A stretch of DNA of 64,000 nt from Lingula anatina (taxonomy: Eukaryota > Animalia > Brachiopoda), in the NCBI GenBank assembly GCA_051362555.1, contig CM120641.1:14198001-14262000 (forward strand), written 5' to 3'. The translations under genes were made by a program, and so were the position numbers. The notes below the pieces were generated by a model that was not told the DNA's origin, ran no database searches, and worked only from the letters and a program-made list of their open reading frames with translations. Below, piece after piece: positions 1 through 14,100 of this stretch. How positions within the stretch are numbered: position 1 is the stretch's first letter; the number at the start of each line of letters is the position of its first letter.

Positions 1-810
1 ATAAAACCAATAAATTATTGTTTTTAGAGAAATGTTTAGCTAGTACATGAATCCAAGTCGTCAGCAATTCATTAAGCAGTGCTTTGGCATATTGTCATTT
101 AGGAAATATCATTGTTTAAAAGGTGTCATGCAGCATAACAGCTGGTGGTATCAGAAATCCTTTTGAAAAATGACTTACACAGTCACAGACTCTCTCTAGA
201 CCATACACTGTATAAACCTTTCCAATGGCAGTTGATTTAATGTTCCTCATTTATTTCAAGCTGTCTCTCTTATTGGATCTATATATTATTGAGTTAAAAC
301 TGGTATTGCTCTGTTGCCATGGTGAAATACATTGGATAGAAGATTCCAGGTATAAAGGGGACTCTAGTTGTAGTACACTAGTGTGGGAAAAGGTGTTAAT
401 ATAAAGGTTGAATAAGAGATGATGAAGCTCACTGTGTTGCGCAGACAGATTTTGCAATGTAAGTAGAAATGAAGTACAGCAGACCAAAGCTTGACAATCA
501 ACAGGAGGGTGCTATAAGTAAATTGCTTTTTTGTGGACATAGGAGATGTCAGTCAGAGAAAATTGGACAGAATAACCAAAACTTGTAGAATTTCCTTATT
601 CTTTGTTAAATTTGTATTCAAAAGTTCTGGGATGAAGAATAGCAGAAAAAATAAATAGAATTAATATTCTACAATTGATATTCAACCAAAGCACACATGG
701 GTTTAAGGTTAAACCTATTGAGTAGACTCTCATTAAATGCATTTGCAGATCACAGATCAAATTGTTTAAAAAAGTGAAAACACCAAAATTGAACTGATCA
801 AACAAAGGAA

Positions 811-2137
811 ATGTTGACAGATCACGAAGAAGATGTTATTACAAAGACACTGGAAGGTCAGCTGGTGGATTTACCTTCTCAGTCTTCTGGAGCAGTCAAA
901 ATATTTATTTGCTGCACCCAATCTGGTATGTAACCGATCACTGTATGTTTAGTGAATATTAAAAATTTCATTCATTCTTAATTCAGCATGTCATTTTCTT
1001 GCTTGTTAATTATAGACAAGAAAATATGTAGGTCTTATTTTTATTGATTTAAATGTTTTTTATTAGAAAGGTTTGTCCTTTATTAATAGGCCTATAAATA
1101 ACAGGTATGTCATTATATGCTTTAATGTTCAAGTAAGCAGGTTCACATTTTGCATGCCAGAATTACAATTAAGCAAATCCAGTAAAGAATATCACCAGAT
1201 GCCATACTCCCAGTTACAGTAATAATAATAGTTTTTTCAAATGATGATTTCTCAGGGTGACTTGAGAAAATATTAGAGTTCAAATAACTCTTCTTCAGGG
1301 AATGTCACCTTCTTCAAGGAATGAAGTTACAGATATTACTGTGGCCTCTACCTGAGGACTTTAAAAATGATCAGCACTTAGACAATGTAGATAGAGTGAC
1401 TTAGAGATAAGAGATGCCATATGCCATGTGGTTTGTCAATCTAGGTTTATGTCATGATAGAAACGTTTGTTAGATTATGCAAGAACATCTCTTTTGAGAT
1501 TCTTGTTTGAAGTGTGAAGATCAGATGGCTTTATTATAATCTCTGTAGCACATTTGGTTTTGTTCCAAGAATACAGTTGTGTGAGTGTATTCATGCTAAA
1601 TTTATTTCCATTGACTTTTGGCATTTACATCATGGTATTGTTAAAACAGAAAACTGTAGTAAATGAGCACGTCATCTTGGTAGCAAGGTACAATGTACAT
1701 AATCTAAAGAAAGATTATGTATTTCACAAAATAGTAGCATGCAGGAGAGACTATATATGTAGCAATTCCAACATTCTGATTTAGCAATGCCCCTTTACTA
1801 CATTCAAAACATGTACCGATGTTTTGACAACAAAACAAACTTTATTTTCTCTCAGCCTAACTTTGTTCTTTCATACAGATTACAGGTATATATACAAAAA
1901 TTATAAAAGATGGAGCATTTTGAAATTTTATCTGAGGTTTAAAAAATCTTTGGTTATGTACTGCATGGCACGTTTTAAGGGGCATGAATGATTTATAACC
2001 AGACAAATTATTTGGCTGCCAATTTGCTAAAATTTTAAAGCAAGTATCAGTTTTGGTTTGAAACACTATTTGTATCAATTTTGTATTGATTTTGCTGTGC
2101 TTCACTCATTTACAATTTACTGCAAATATTCATGCTT

Positions 2138-2185
<48 letters not shown>

Positions 2186-5100
2186 CAGACTTTCAGTTGG
2201 AAAGGTGCATTTTGTGGGAAATAGTTTTACCAGAGCTGCAGCAGTACTGTTCCCAGCATGGCTTGGATGTAGAACTGGTTGACCCCCTGCATGGCACTTA
2301 TGTGGACCCCAGCTATGACAGATCTCTGTTTGATCTCTGCATGTTGGAGCTAGAAGACTGTCATAGAATATCACAAGGACCTTTCTTTTTGGTATTTTTT
2401 ATCTGAATTTAAAGTTTAAAGAAACATACTTACAATGAAATCACAAATGTTCTGAATTGAAGTCAGCAATAAAATTATTTTGATTATGTATTTCTATGTT
2501 AATTGTATATAGTTATTGAAATGACATTATTTTTTTCACATTTTTTATATTTATACAAAATTAGTTCAAGAATGCAAAATGTGGTTCACTCTGCATTTCA
2601 TCTTAAATGTAGTTTTTACAATTATGCTTTCAGTGTTTAACTGGAAACAAATATGGTCCAACGCCACTACCTGCATATATTAAAGCAGAAGATTTTGATA
2701 TTATCTCTGCCAAAGCATGTGAAGCTGGAAAAGGTATTATGATTGTTATGTTATTATTATTATTATTATTTTGTAAATTTTAATTTGTCACACTCAAGTC
2801 CAAAATGTCGTTAAAAGGTCTTTTCAGTGTACATATAAGGAAGTTAATCTTGTTTGCAAGTTTGGTTTTTATATATAATTGTAATTCATAATTGTACTAC
2901 AGTCATCTAAAAGTTACAAAACCATAACTTTGTGCATGATTAAAAATCTCTCAAGTCTCTCAAATTTATTTTTACCTTTGACACAACTCAAAAGTGAATT
3001 GTTAACTTTTGCGGCAAAATGTTCACCTTTGACTAGTGGTTTTGTTTCTATTTGTATGAGTATGTGATTTTATCTTCAATATGTATTAATTTAATTCAAA
3101 GGTTATTTTCAGGCCCAAAATGGCATCTATATTGATATAAAAATCTACATTTATTGATATTGATATTCTAATATGAATTTAAATTTTGGCTTCTTTACTT
3201 TTAAAGCAACATGTCAAATTATTATATAATAAGCTTAGTATGCAATCTTATATTCTGGGATGTGAGGTCTGATAAAGCATGTTATTTGCTTTTGGTCATT
3301 TGTTTTTTCAGATCTTAGAAAAGTGATATTGACCAAGGCCCAGTCAGTGATTATATTAATAATGCATTACTTTTCATAGATATGTGCTTGCTCAATTCAT
3401 GGTATATAAAGGATGATGTACTAAGGCCTACAGTGTACAGATTGAAAGATCCAAGGGAGAAGCTCAAGTATTATGATTGCAGGTAATGCAACACTTTTCT
3501 TTATATATTATTTTAATTTGAATTAGTGGTTACAACAAAAATCACAGACACCAGGTTGATGGAATTCAAAAATATTAGGGAACATCCAAGTGAAAAGAAA
3601 TTGTCTAACAAGCAATTATTTTAACATTGGAAATCTATATGACACACACATAGTATTCAATTTATTTTTATAGCAGCATGGATGTCTAACTTTTCTTAAC
3701 ATTTTCTAACTTTTTAAAGTAAAGCAAATTGAGAGATTGAAAATTTATAATGTGCACCTAATTCACCCCTTTTAGAAATCCAGAAATGCAGGGCTTGAGA
3801 GAGCGTGATCAGTTAGACTGGTTGGAGACATTCAAGGAACTCCAGGAAATCCTACAGACATCACTAGAGGTTGCATCTGCTGAGGGTCCTCAGAGTAAAG
3901 ATCTGAGTGAATACTACACAGGAGGCAAGTAGTCAGCCTGAACCAAGACTCTAATTTACACATTACAAATTGTGCATTTGTCCAATGATAAATTGTAACA
4001 TAAGGCAAATAACTATACTTAAAGTGACTCATCACGTGTATGAAAATCTCCCATAGACATATTTTATATTATGCGAAGGCTTTTGTGTTCCCAAATGCAG
4101 ACCTTAAAGACAATAAAATATTAAAGATATGTTTATCTTAAACATACATAGTGTCCTTATTATCTTCTCAGCCTTCATATAGTAGCTTTCAATGTTTTAC
4201 ATGAAATATATATATAAATAGCTATAAGTGTTTTACATGGTACAGGGCTGCAATACAAAAAAAGACACCATATACTTGTGTGAAAATTAGGTAATGAATG
4301 AGAAAGGTGCAAAGGCTATATTGTTCTAAATGACTGGCCAAATACCATTGTAGGTGTAGATCAGCTTGTTAGAAGAGCATTTGAACTGTCTCCCAAAAGA
4401 TGCATGTCTGTAGTGAGGCTCATGGAAGGTTGGTTAATTGTGCTGTCAGCTAGGTTTCTCTGTTAAAATGATATCGATATAATAATAATTTCCCCAAAGT
4501 ATATTTTGCAGATACAATTTTAAAAAGTACTTCTTTTATTATTAAAACACATAAAACTTCAGTTGCATATTTAAAGCAAAAAAAAAAGAATGTTCAAACC
4601 TAAAGCATTTGAGAAATTATTTTTCAGATATTAATGGAGATGATGAAGCTGCCTCTCAGTTTTCTGATATAGGTCTGCTGAACAGTGAAACTGATCAAGA
4701 CTTTCAAAAGAGACTCAGCAGCTTGTGGACAGTCATAGAAAACACACTCAGTAAGAAAAATCGATACAGGGTTAATCTCCCATGGAACAAAATAGGATTG
4801 AATTCTGCCAATCCAGAACATTCTGACTATCTCTTGAACTTTGGTACAGCGGTTACTGATATGGTGGAAAATGCCATATTTGAGCATTTGCCAACCAGGT
4901 CATTCTTGATCACTGGAAATCCATTTTGCTCAAAGAAAATGAAACTGTATCAAAAAGTCCTTGTCCACACACAGTTTTTCTTGAAGAAAAGTGGAGGTAA
5001 ACTCTATGGCTGTCAGGATGTGTTGAGTCAGATACAGGAGTCACTTTCAAAAGGGGCAAGGGAGGAGCATTACCCAATTTTTATCAGAGGGCCTGTGGGT

Positions 5101-8100
5101 TGTGGGAAAAGCTCAATTCTAGCCAGAATACCAAGCATTTTACAAGATATTTGCAGCACTGATGTCTTGTGTGTGATGAGGTCCGTTGGACTCACTCTTT
5201 GCTCTTCTACCCCAAAGGCTTTGTTACTCAGTATATGTCTTCAGTTGCAGCACCTGGTCCAAAAGAATCTTAAGCTAGAAGGATATGATTTCCAGGGTCT
5301 CTTGGAATGCTATCATTATTTGCTTCAGACATTATCACAGGGACATAAACAGTGGCTCATATTATTAGATGGGATTGATTTGCTCACACCTGATAATCCT
5401 TTGTCCAGTATCAGTATTGACTGGCTTCTTTTCCTTCTTCCTCACAGAGTGCATGTCATAATGTCATACACCTCTGAAAGCAACAGCCCCAAACCCTCCC
5501 ATATCAGCCAACTTGAAAGGAAGTTTTGTGTGAAGGTGCCATTGCTTACTGTTCCTATGCTACTTGAACAGGACATGTCATGTTTGATAAAGGACCAGTT
5601 CTCAAATTGTTCAATGTGTTTGTCTCCTGAAAGAAAGAAAAGTTTGCAGAAGGTCCTTTTCCAGTCTGGAAACCCTCTCCACGCATGGACTCTTTGTGAA
5701 GCAGAAAAGCACAAAACATCATCCATTTATTTTGTAAATAGTGTGGGAAAGGCAAGCACCCTGCATACCAACTTCACTTCAACACTTGATAGGCTGGAAG
5801 AAGTATATAGTCTTTCTGTGATACAGAGCATCGTGACACATATCACACTGTCTGTTAATGGGCTAACAGAGGTACAGTTGTTGGACATTTTGTCTTGTAA
5901 CGATGAGGTGCTTTTCTGGTGTTTTCCTCAGGATACTCCAACAATTCTTAGGTTTCCTCACTTGTTATGGACAGCCATCAGATTTCAGCTTGGTAAGTCA
6001 AGTATCTTTAAATCAATTAACATATTCCAGATAAATACCTGATTAAAACTTATAGGGTGTAAGTTTAGTAATAAAGTGTGTGAAAAAGCTTAAATATTGT
6101 TATAATTTTTATAACCCAATACAATAGGATATATGTCTGCAATTTGAATCTTCCCAAAACATTATGTCTTTAATGAAATTATGCTTTATACTCTGTCATT
6201 TTGTCAATGGGCTTAAAGTTTGTTTTAACTTCAATCTTAACAAGACATTTTTTTCAAATTCTTAGAGCCCTACTTATCCAGACACCAGATGGAAAACAAG
6301 AGCTTGTTCATCTGGAAGCATTCTGTGTATGCAGATATCATCAAGGAGAGATATCTCAAGAAAATGGAGGTAATCAGGCAGACTCATTGCAATCTGGCAA
6401 TGTCATTTATGGACACCAGTGATCAAGAGAGACCACTGTTGTCCACTGCCAGAGGTGTCCACTTTGAGGACAGGGGGAACAGAATGACCTCCCACCAACC
6501 TTTGGTGTTTAATGAGTCCCAGTATAACACCAGGAAACTAAATGGATTATGGATCCACCTCCTTTTCTCAGGTATGTTGATAAAATTCCAAAAATAAATT
6601 TCTTATCAAGTGTAAAAAGAATTTTCATTTAATGTGTTATGATATGTTGAAATGGAGATAGAGCAATTAATGGTTGTCAAATAAAAACACTTCTTTTTTT
6701 CAAATTTTTTTGTTTTGTATTTGAAAACATGGCTATTATGAAAATAATCCCATTTTATTGCATCTTGCAAAATGTAATTAAACACCTTATAAGGGTCTGT
6801 GTGTACTCCATCTTGCAACCTGTAATTTAATTTCAGGATTTATATTTTATTGTATTTTAGGAGATGTTGATCAATTTAAGGAGCACACATTTTGCAACTT
6901 TGAATACTTGATGGCAAAGCTACACCTAATGGGGGTCCACTGCCTCATCAATGAACTGCAGTACTCACAGTGTCATGTCTTGGACCCTGAACTCTACCTG
7001 GTGTGGAGAAGCTTCACAAAGGCTTCTGAAACACTCAGCAAAGATTTCTTACAGATGCCTAGTGAACTGATAGGAAGACTGAGAAAAATCAAAGGTACTG
7101 TAGGTGATGATTTAACCCGCCATTTGTTTTCACCCTTTTTTCACACATGACAGGTACTCTTTCACATCTTTCAAACTTTCAGGTTTTGTGTCTGTATTTA
7201 TTTTGATTACTGCATGTGTCTGTCTGTGGCATTGCTGTCACCGTCACTGTTGCTCTTGCTATCCAAAACATCAGTCCCTATAACTGACATATTTTTTTCA
7301 TTTACTTTAAGTATTATTATTATTATTACTTTTTATAAATATTGCTGCAGTGTTATTTGCTGTATGTGTGTGTAAATTTGCCAGCTTTGCTGTCTAGATA
7401 AAATATGCCATTTGATTTTCAGATGTGTACACATGCCATACTTCCAACCTTATAATGCAATGTATGCAGTGGTGTGACAACTTTGACCTGCCTATTTTGG
7501 TCCCATTGACCCCTTGGCTAGTTGACCCAAGGTCACCTCTGGTCACTGAGGTGGACTGTCCAGAGGGAGCAGAGCTGGTTGCCATCGTCAATAGTGGACA
7601 GCATGTCTTCTATACTACAACTACGTACAGTATTCAAATGAGGCATTTGGCTTCAAAAAAGAAGATTATGAGTTTTGAAGGCAAGTTTTGATGATGTAAA
7701 TATTTTAATTCATTTTTGATTTTAATGCATCTATATGATGTTCAAAGTAAGGGAAAAATCTCTTGAAGACTTAATTTTGTACATTGTTTACAGTCGTCAT
7801 AGTTGTATATATTTCCAGGACATTCCAAGTTGGTCACTTGTCTGTGTTTATCACATGACAACAAGTTTCTGGTTAGTGGCAGTCAAGATTGCAATGTACA
7901 TATTTGGGATATAGCCACTGGAGACTGTACAGATACTTACAGGTTTGTAACCTAAAACATTTTATTGTGTAGCTCATTTTATCTTGATGTGATTTGTAAC
8001 TTTGAGTTGCATGATATTCCATTACATCTTTCACAGTTACAATGTATGAGCTTAGGTATGATGTAGAATTGATGTAAAATTAAACCATTGGCTGTTCATT

Positions 8101-11100
8101 GCCAGTACTACACGCACCATGCAGTACCTATACCCTTGGATTCAAGTGCAAGTAACAAATTGTGAATAAATAAAAACCAATATGTGTTACTCTTTCATTG
8201 AATCATTGGTTTTGTAAAACTTTTTCCATGTGTCTACTGCAGACCTCATGACGATACAGTGCTGTGCCTGGCTTTGAACACCAGGGATGACATCCTGGTA
8301 ACTGGTGGCAGGGACTTTGCAGTGCATGTAATTTCACTGATAGATGGCACCATGCTCTTTGCCAAGTGTCACCATGCTGGTCCTGTCAGCTGTGTATGTC
8401 TGAATGCCAATGATACTATACTAGTGACAGGTGAGTTGATATGTAAACGAAGTGGCAAGTGGGCATGCAAGAAATTTTGAAAAAGATGAAGCAGGCCCAC
8501 AGCAGTTCTGAAACACGAGTTTTATTATGAAAAATCAATAAGCCTTATTAAATTTAGATATATACATTTACATGTATTTTACAGCTTCATTGGACAAAAC
8601 AGTAAAGATGTGGAGTATGGATGACATGACTCTACTGAACTCTGTGGTTGACTTGGATTCCCCAGTCATAACTATGGATATATCAGTGGACAGTATTTTC
8701 CTTCTTATGGGTGAGAATATTTATATTTTAATTACACATTATCTTTCTTTTCACTCTCACATGGTTCAGATATATCTTATGCATGATTATGTATTTTTAT
8801 GCCTACTAGCCCTATAGCCTTGATATTATTTAATTTTTGCATTTTCTTACCTACATTTTCTCTAAATGTTGGTTTGAGCCTTGGGGTAATGCATGTCTGC
8901 CAAAAACAGGCAGGGTGATTTTGTAGTTGTTCAAAAGTTCTCACTGGAGTCATAGTAAAATGTAAAAGAAACCAATATTATCTCAGCTCACAAGTCAAGA
9001 AATGTGCACAGCAAGTGAGTAGCTGGAGAAATATAATGGCCCTGGTATTGGTTTGGTTTGGGGGGATTTTGTAATTAATACACTCCAAATGACTAACTCA
9101 TAGATACTCTATTCAGGTTTGGAGGATGGAATCATTGAAGTGAGATCATTCACAACAGGAACAATTGTCCATAATCTGGATCTTCACAGAGTGGAAGTAT
9201 GCTGTTATTTAATTTTCTACACTCACTCAGTTGCATTTAATAGTTATTTTACATAAAATGAATATATTTTAGTTACAATGTACTATATTTGTTTTTGTCA
9301 GACTTCTGCTAATATGTTTTTTCTGTCATATTACATGGAAGCAGTTCCAGGATTCTTTAAAAATTAAACCTAGCTGCCATTTTATTTCGGAAAAGATTTG
9401 TCCAGGCTTTAGAAGGATACTAGTATATCCTTGCCACTCCCACCACCGCCCCCACACCCCTTTTCCCAAACTACCTCTGGTACAGAATCATGTTCTCTTT
9501 CATAAAACTTAAGAATCTGAACACAGAATGAAATGGCCATTATATGTTCCAAATATGTGTTTTCCAGTTAGATATTATATAATTGGGTTAGGTTGATATG
9601 TTGTTTTGTAGACCTCGGGAAATTATTTTTTTATATCTACATTTAAATATAGCAATAAAATCGGTATACTGTTTTTAACCTTCAATTAACAGAGGATATA
9701 TTTTGCAATTATTGACACCAGTCTGAAATTGTTTTATTATTTGATATTTATAAAAATATGTCAGCGTCCTCCAAGATAACATCAACTGTTGTAACATCAT
9801 TCTCATTTTAGACTTTGGCTGAGGTCAATATGAGGCTGATACAGCCAAAGACTATAAATGTATAGTTACATCATGCTGAGGTTACATTGTATACATGGTA
9901 AGATCTGTTCAAATTTATGCATGTATAAAGGTGTCAAGTCTGTGCGTGTCAAAGGACAGTCAACATGTGGTGGTGGGATGTAAGAACTGTCACCTGCTAG
10001 TGTACAACCTGAGGACCAGAGAGCTGCTACATGAGCATTACCTCACCACGGGACCAGTCTCCTGTGTGAAAGTGACACAAGATGAGTTCTTTATTGTCAC
10101 AGCTTCTAAGGTAGGATTTCGATTTTGAAATTGATAAGGTATTGAACTTCCACTTTAAAGTTGATCATGACCAGTTTCAGATCTGAAGCGAGGCAGCTCA
10201 TCAGATCTGATGCTTAGGGTAACTCTTGACTTTTAAGCTTGCCATCATACTGGAATATTAACACAATTATCTAAAGCTCAGCAGCTTGTTTTTGTTAACC
10301 TACCCCTTGTAAAACAGCTGTACTCCAACTAATTTCAATTAGTTAAAACACTAATTGTACCACCAGCGTAGGCGCTGGCGGTACACATGGTTTTAGTCCC
10401 GACCCGCATGTTCCGCCGGCTCCTCTGGCTCCGCCGCCATCTCACCGTTACCGCTTCTCCTCCTAGACGGTAAGGCCTGCCATACCCATCTCTTGGATTT
10501 AAGTCACCTATAATCTCAACTCGTTCCACGTAAAATTTGGGCTTTGTCGGTGCTGGGGTCTAGGTATGGCACTCATTGAAATACACCCTTGTCCAAAAAT
10601 GGCAAAATTAAATGCTAATTATCTACCCTACGGAAGGAATTATGGAAAAATTTTCTACAGATGGCTTTCCAAAAGTCATATGTGTAGATTTCAAATATGC
10701 CCTTGGATTTGACCTTTGACCTTTCTTTCAAGGTCAAACAGGCTAAAATTTTCAAAAAAATGAATTTTTTTACGAAAAAAAAAAATTTGTGCTGTTATTC
10801 AGAAACCAGACAGACTTAACCAATAATATTATTGGAAAGTGTTACCCTTGGGGTCATCTTTCATCTCCGTGAATTTGGGGTCAATCGGTGCATTTTCACG
10901 AGAGTAGCGGCCATAAGATGCCGAAACTGAAAACTGTCTCTAATTCGGGAACCGTTAATGCTAGAGACCCATTCTTTTTTGCATTTTGTAGAGCATGTAA
11001 AGCCCAACACTGGAAGTGGTCTCCGTTTTTTTGTATTCCAAACGGTTTTCGAGTTACGCTATCAAAAAGTACATATTGGTGTTGAAAGCAAAATGTGCAG

Positions 11101-14100
11101 TTCGGTATAGTCAGGTGGCTAAGTCCAAATTTTATCCAGAATTGTGCAATAGATGATAAAAGCATGACACTTTCCGCGATGAGTGACCATTGGGTGTTCA
11201 TCTATTTTGGATTCGGGGGGTTGGCAAACACCCAATGGTCATTCATCGTGGAAAATTTCATGCTTTTATCATCTTTTGCACAATTCTGGATAAAATTTGG
11301 ACAAAACTGGCAGAGATAGGTCCATAGTTACTATTGAAGTTGAATAGGAAGTTATACACTGGCAATCTAAATGTGACCTTGAAATTGACCTTTGACCTAC
11401 TTTTCACCATGAACTGAACTTTGCAAATTTTGCTGCCCTTTTATCTCCAAATCTGGAAGAGATAGGTCCATAGTTACTATTGAACTTGAATAGGAAGTCA
11501 TACACTGGCAATCTAAATGTGACCTTGAAATTGACCTTTGACCTACTTTTCACCATGAACTGAACTTTGCAAATTTTGCTGCCCTTTTATCTCCAAATCT
11601 GGCAGAGATAGGTCCATAGTTACTATTGAACTTGAATAGGAAGTCATACACTGGCAATCTAAATGTGACCTTGAAATTGACCTTTGACCTACTTTTCACC
11701 ATGAACTGAACTTTGCAAATTTTGCATCCCCTTGCATATCCAAAACTGGCAGAGATAGGTCCATAGTTACTATTGAACTAGAATAGGAAGTCATACACTG
11801 GCAATCTATATGTGACCTTGAAATTGACCTTTGACCCAATTTTCATCATGAACTGAACTTTGCAAATTTTGCTTCCCTTTTATCTCCAAAACTGGCAGAG
11901 ATAGGTCCACAGTTACTATTGAAGTTGAATAGGAAGCCATATACTGGCAATCTTAATGTGACCTTAAAATTGACCTTTGACCTACTTTTCACCATGAACT
12001 GAACTTTACAAATTTTGCTTCCCTTTTATCTCCAAAACTGGATGAGATAGGTCTATAGTTACTATTGAAGTTGAATAGGAAGTCATATACTGGCAATCTT
12101 AATGTGACCTTAAAATTGACCTTTGACCAACTTTTCACCATGAACTGAACTCTGCTAATTTCTTTCTCTTTTAACTCCTAACCTGGCAGAGATAGGTCCA
12201 TAGTTACTATTGAACTTGAATAGGAAGTCATATACTGGCAATCTTACTGTGAAATTGACCTTTGACCTACCTTTTGATGAACTTAACTTTGATTGTACCA
12301 TTTTAAGTTATATATATATTTTTTGCATATTTTGAAAATTCTTGTTGATTGCATTTTTACAGCTTGTCAAGCAAAAGACTGGTGGCTGTGTCCCTTATTT
12401 TGTGTATGTGGGGGTCTATACGAATGCGCTTGCTCCAGCTGGTGGTACAATATTCGGAGGCGGTATCGCCTCTCTGATCCTCTAGTTTGATTTAGAAATT
12501 GATTTATCAACTACACATTGCCAAGAAGCAATCTTTATGATCTAGAGCCTGGTAGATTTTCTTCAACACTTAGAACTATAGGTTGTTAATTAGTATCATC
12601 ATTGCCAAAATATTTTGATTAATGTCATGTAAGCATCAAACGTAGGTTGTTTTTGCTGTTTTTCTTTATATATAATCATTCATTGATAATAATAATGTCA
12701 TATCATTAAATTGACTTCCAGTACTTTTTCTGACTTTATTATAAAATAAATTAACAGGCAAGCAGCAGAAATTATTGATTCTTTTACAGAATACCATTAG
12801 TGTATGGAATTTTTTAAAGAGTGACAGCAGCCCTGGGGGCAACAAAAACCACAGTGCAGCCATAACTTGTATGGCAATGTCACCTGATGGAAAGACAGCT
12901 ATTACAGGTAGACAGTTATTAAATTGAATGATTGTGTTTGCAATTTGGATAGTTCATGGAATTATCCAACGTTAACAAACTAATAAAACATGTATCTGTG
13001 TGCCTAATGGTAATGATACATCTTTGATGGGTTTCATTTTTTAAGGTCAGAAAACGTAGTATTTTGTCCAGTTGGCAGAATTCTCTACCAAAAGCTTTGG
13101 ATTATCAAAAACAGTCACACCAGAGCTATCACATGATATCTTTTTTTATTTTTTCTTGTGATAGCTATAGTGACATCTCTTCTAATATTTTCTTTATACA
13201 AAGATGATATGACATAACAGCAAATCTTGTTTATAGGGTAGGCCATGTTCAAGAGTACTAAAACTAAGATTATATAAAGTTTGATATTGTTTTTGTAAAG
13301 CGTGGAATTTACATGTTCTCTGCAAAAAATTCTAATAGAATATTTTTACAATTTATGCATACTTGTTCCCTTTGATATTATAGCAGCAATTTATTGGTAA
13401 GTCAACATGCCCTATTCTGTTTTCAAAAATCGTTTCTGGCACTAATTTGTATATGAAATTTTTATCATCATGTTTAGAAATAAAGTCAATTTATAGCTTT
13501 ATAATTATGATATAGGTTCCAGGGATTGTACCTGTATATTATGGAATTTGGAACTGAGTGAATACATGGAGACACTAAAGGGACATGAGGCTAGTGTGTC
13601 ATGTGTAGCCCTCTCTGTGAATGATGCCTTTGCTTTGTCTGGTTCAAAAGATGGGACCTTCAGAGTGTGGAACAAAACCCTGGCAATCCCAGTTGTGATA
13701 TACAAGGTACAAGTGTGTTAATAACTCAACAAATTTGTACAAAATTTCAATTAAAAAATGGCCATATTTCCCAAAATGATATTTTGTTTATTGAAAAGGC
13801 AAATATAAGAATTCTATATTTTGATCTTTATAGGAGCACCAATCACCAGCAGTCAATGCAACCATACTACCAGACAACATTAGGGTACTGACTACAGCTG
13901 CCAATGATACTATCCACATCTGGAAGGCAGATACAGGGGAGACACTGTTTGTGTATAGAGCCCCCAACTTACTGCTGATTGTGTCACCCAGTGGTAAACT
14001 GGCCATATCTGGGAATGGAAGCCATAGGTCAGTAGAATATTATGTCCATTTCTGTCTCTTTTGTGCCCGCAAGAGATAAATTGGAGTGGATATTAAAAAA

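Larger units (their letters stand above)
10354..12487 (+). mobile_element. Non-autonomous Helentron-associated element (HINE/DINE-1-like) in NWD1 intron 15
   Basis: 5' subTIR ATTGTACCACCAGC (10354-10367) is followed by its partial inverted copy GCTGGCGGTACA (10374-10385). 3' subTIR GCTGGTGGTACAAT (12438-12451) is followed by a hairpin GAGGCG-gtat-CGCCTC (12457-12472) and CTAGTT. Central tandem array, no TSD seen, more CpG than the flanks. Confidence 0.8.

Noticed and set aside
10888-11319. Mirror-image ORFs on both strands (NTQWS…AQFWIKFG)
   Set aside because: Artefact of the 76-bp inverted repeat.
11307-12285. Regular repeat array considered as CRISPR-like
   Set aside because: Units are contiguous 146-bp tandem copies with no unique spacers, in a eukaryotic intron, with no cas genes.
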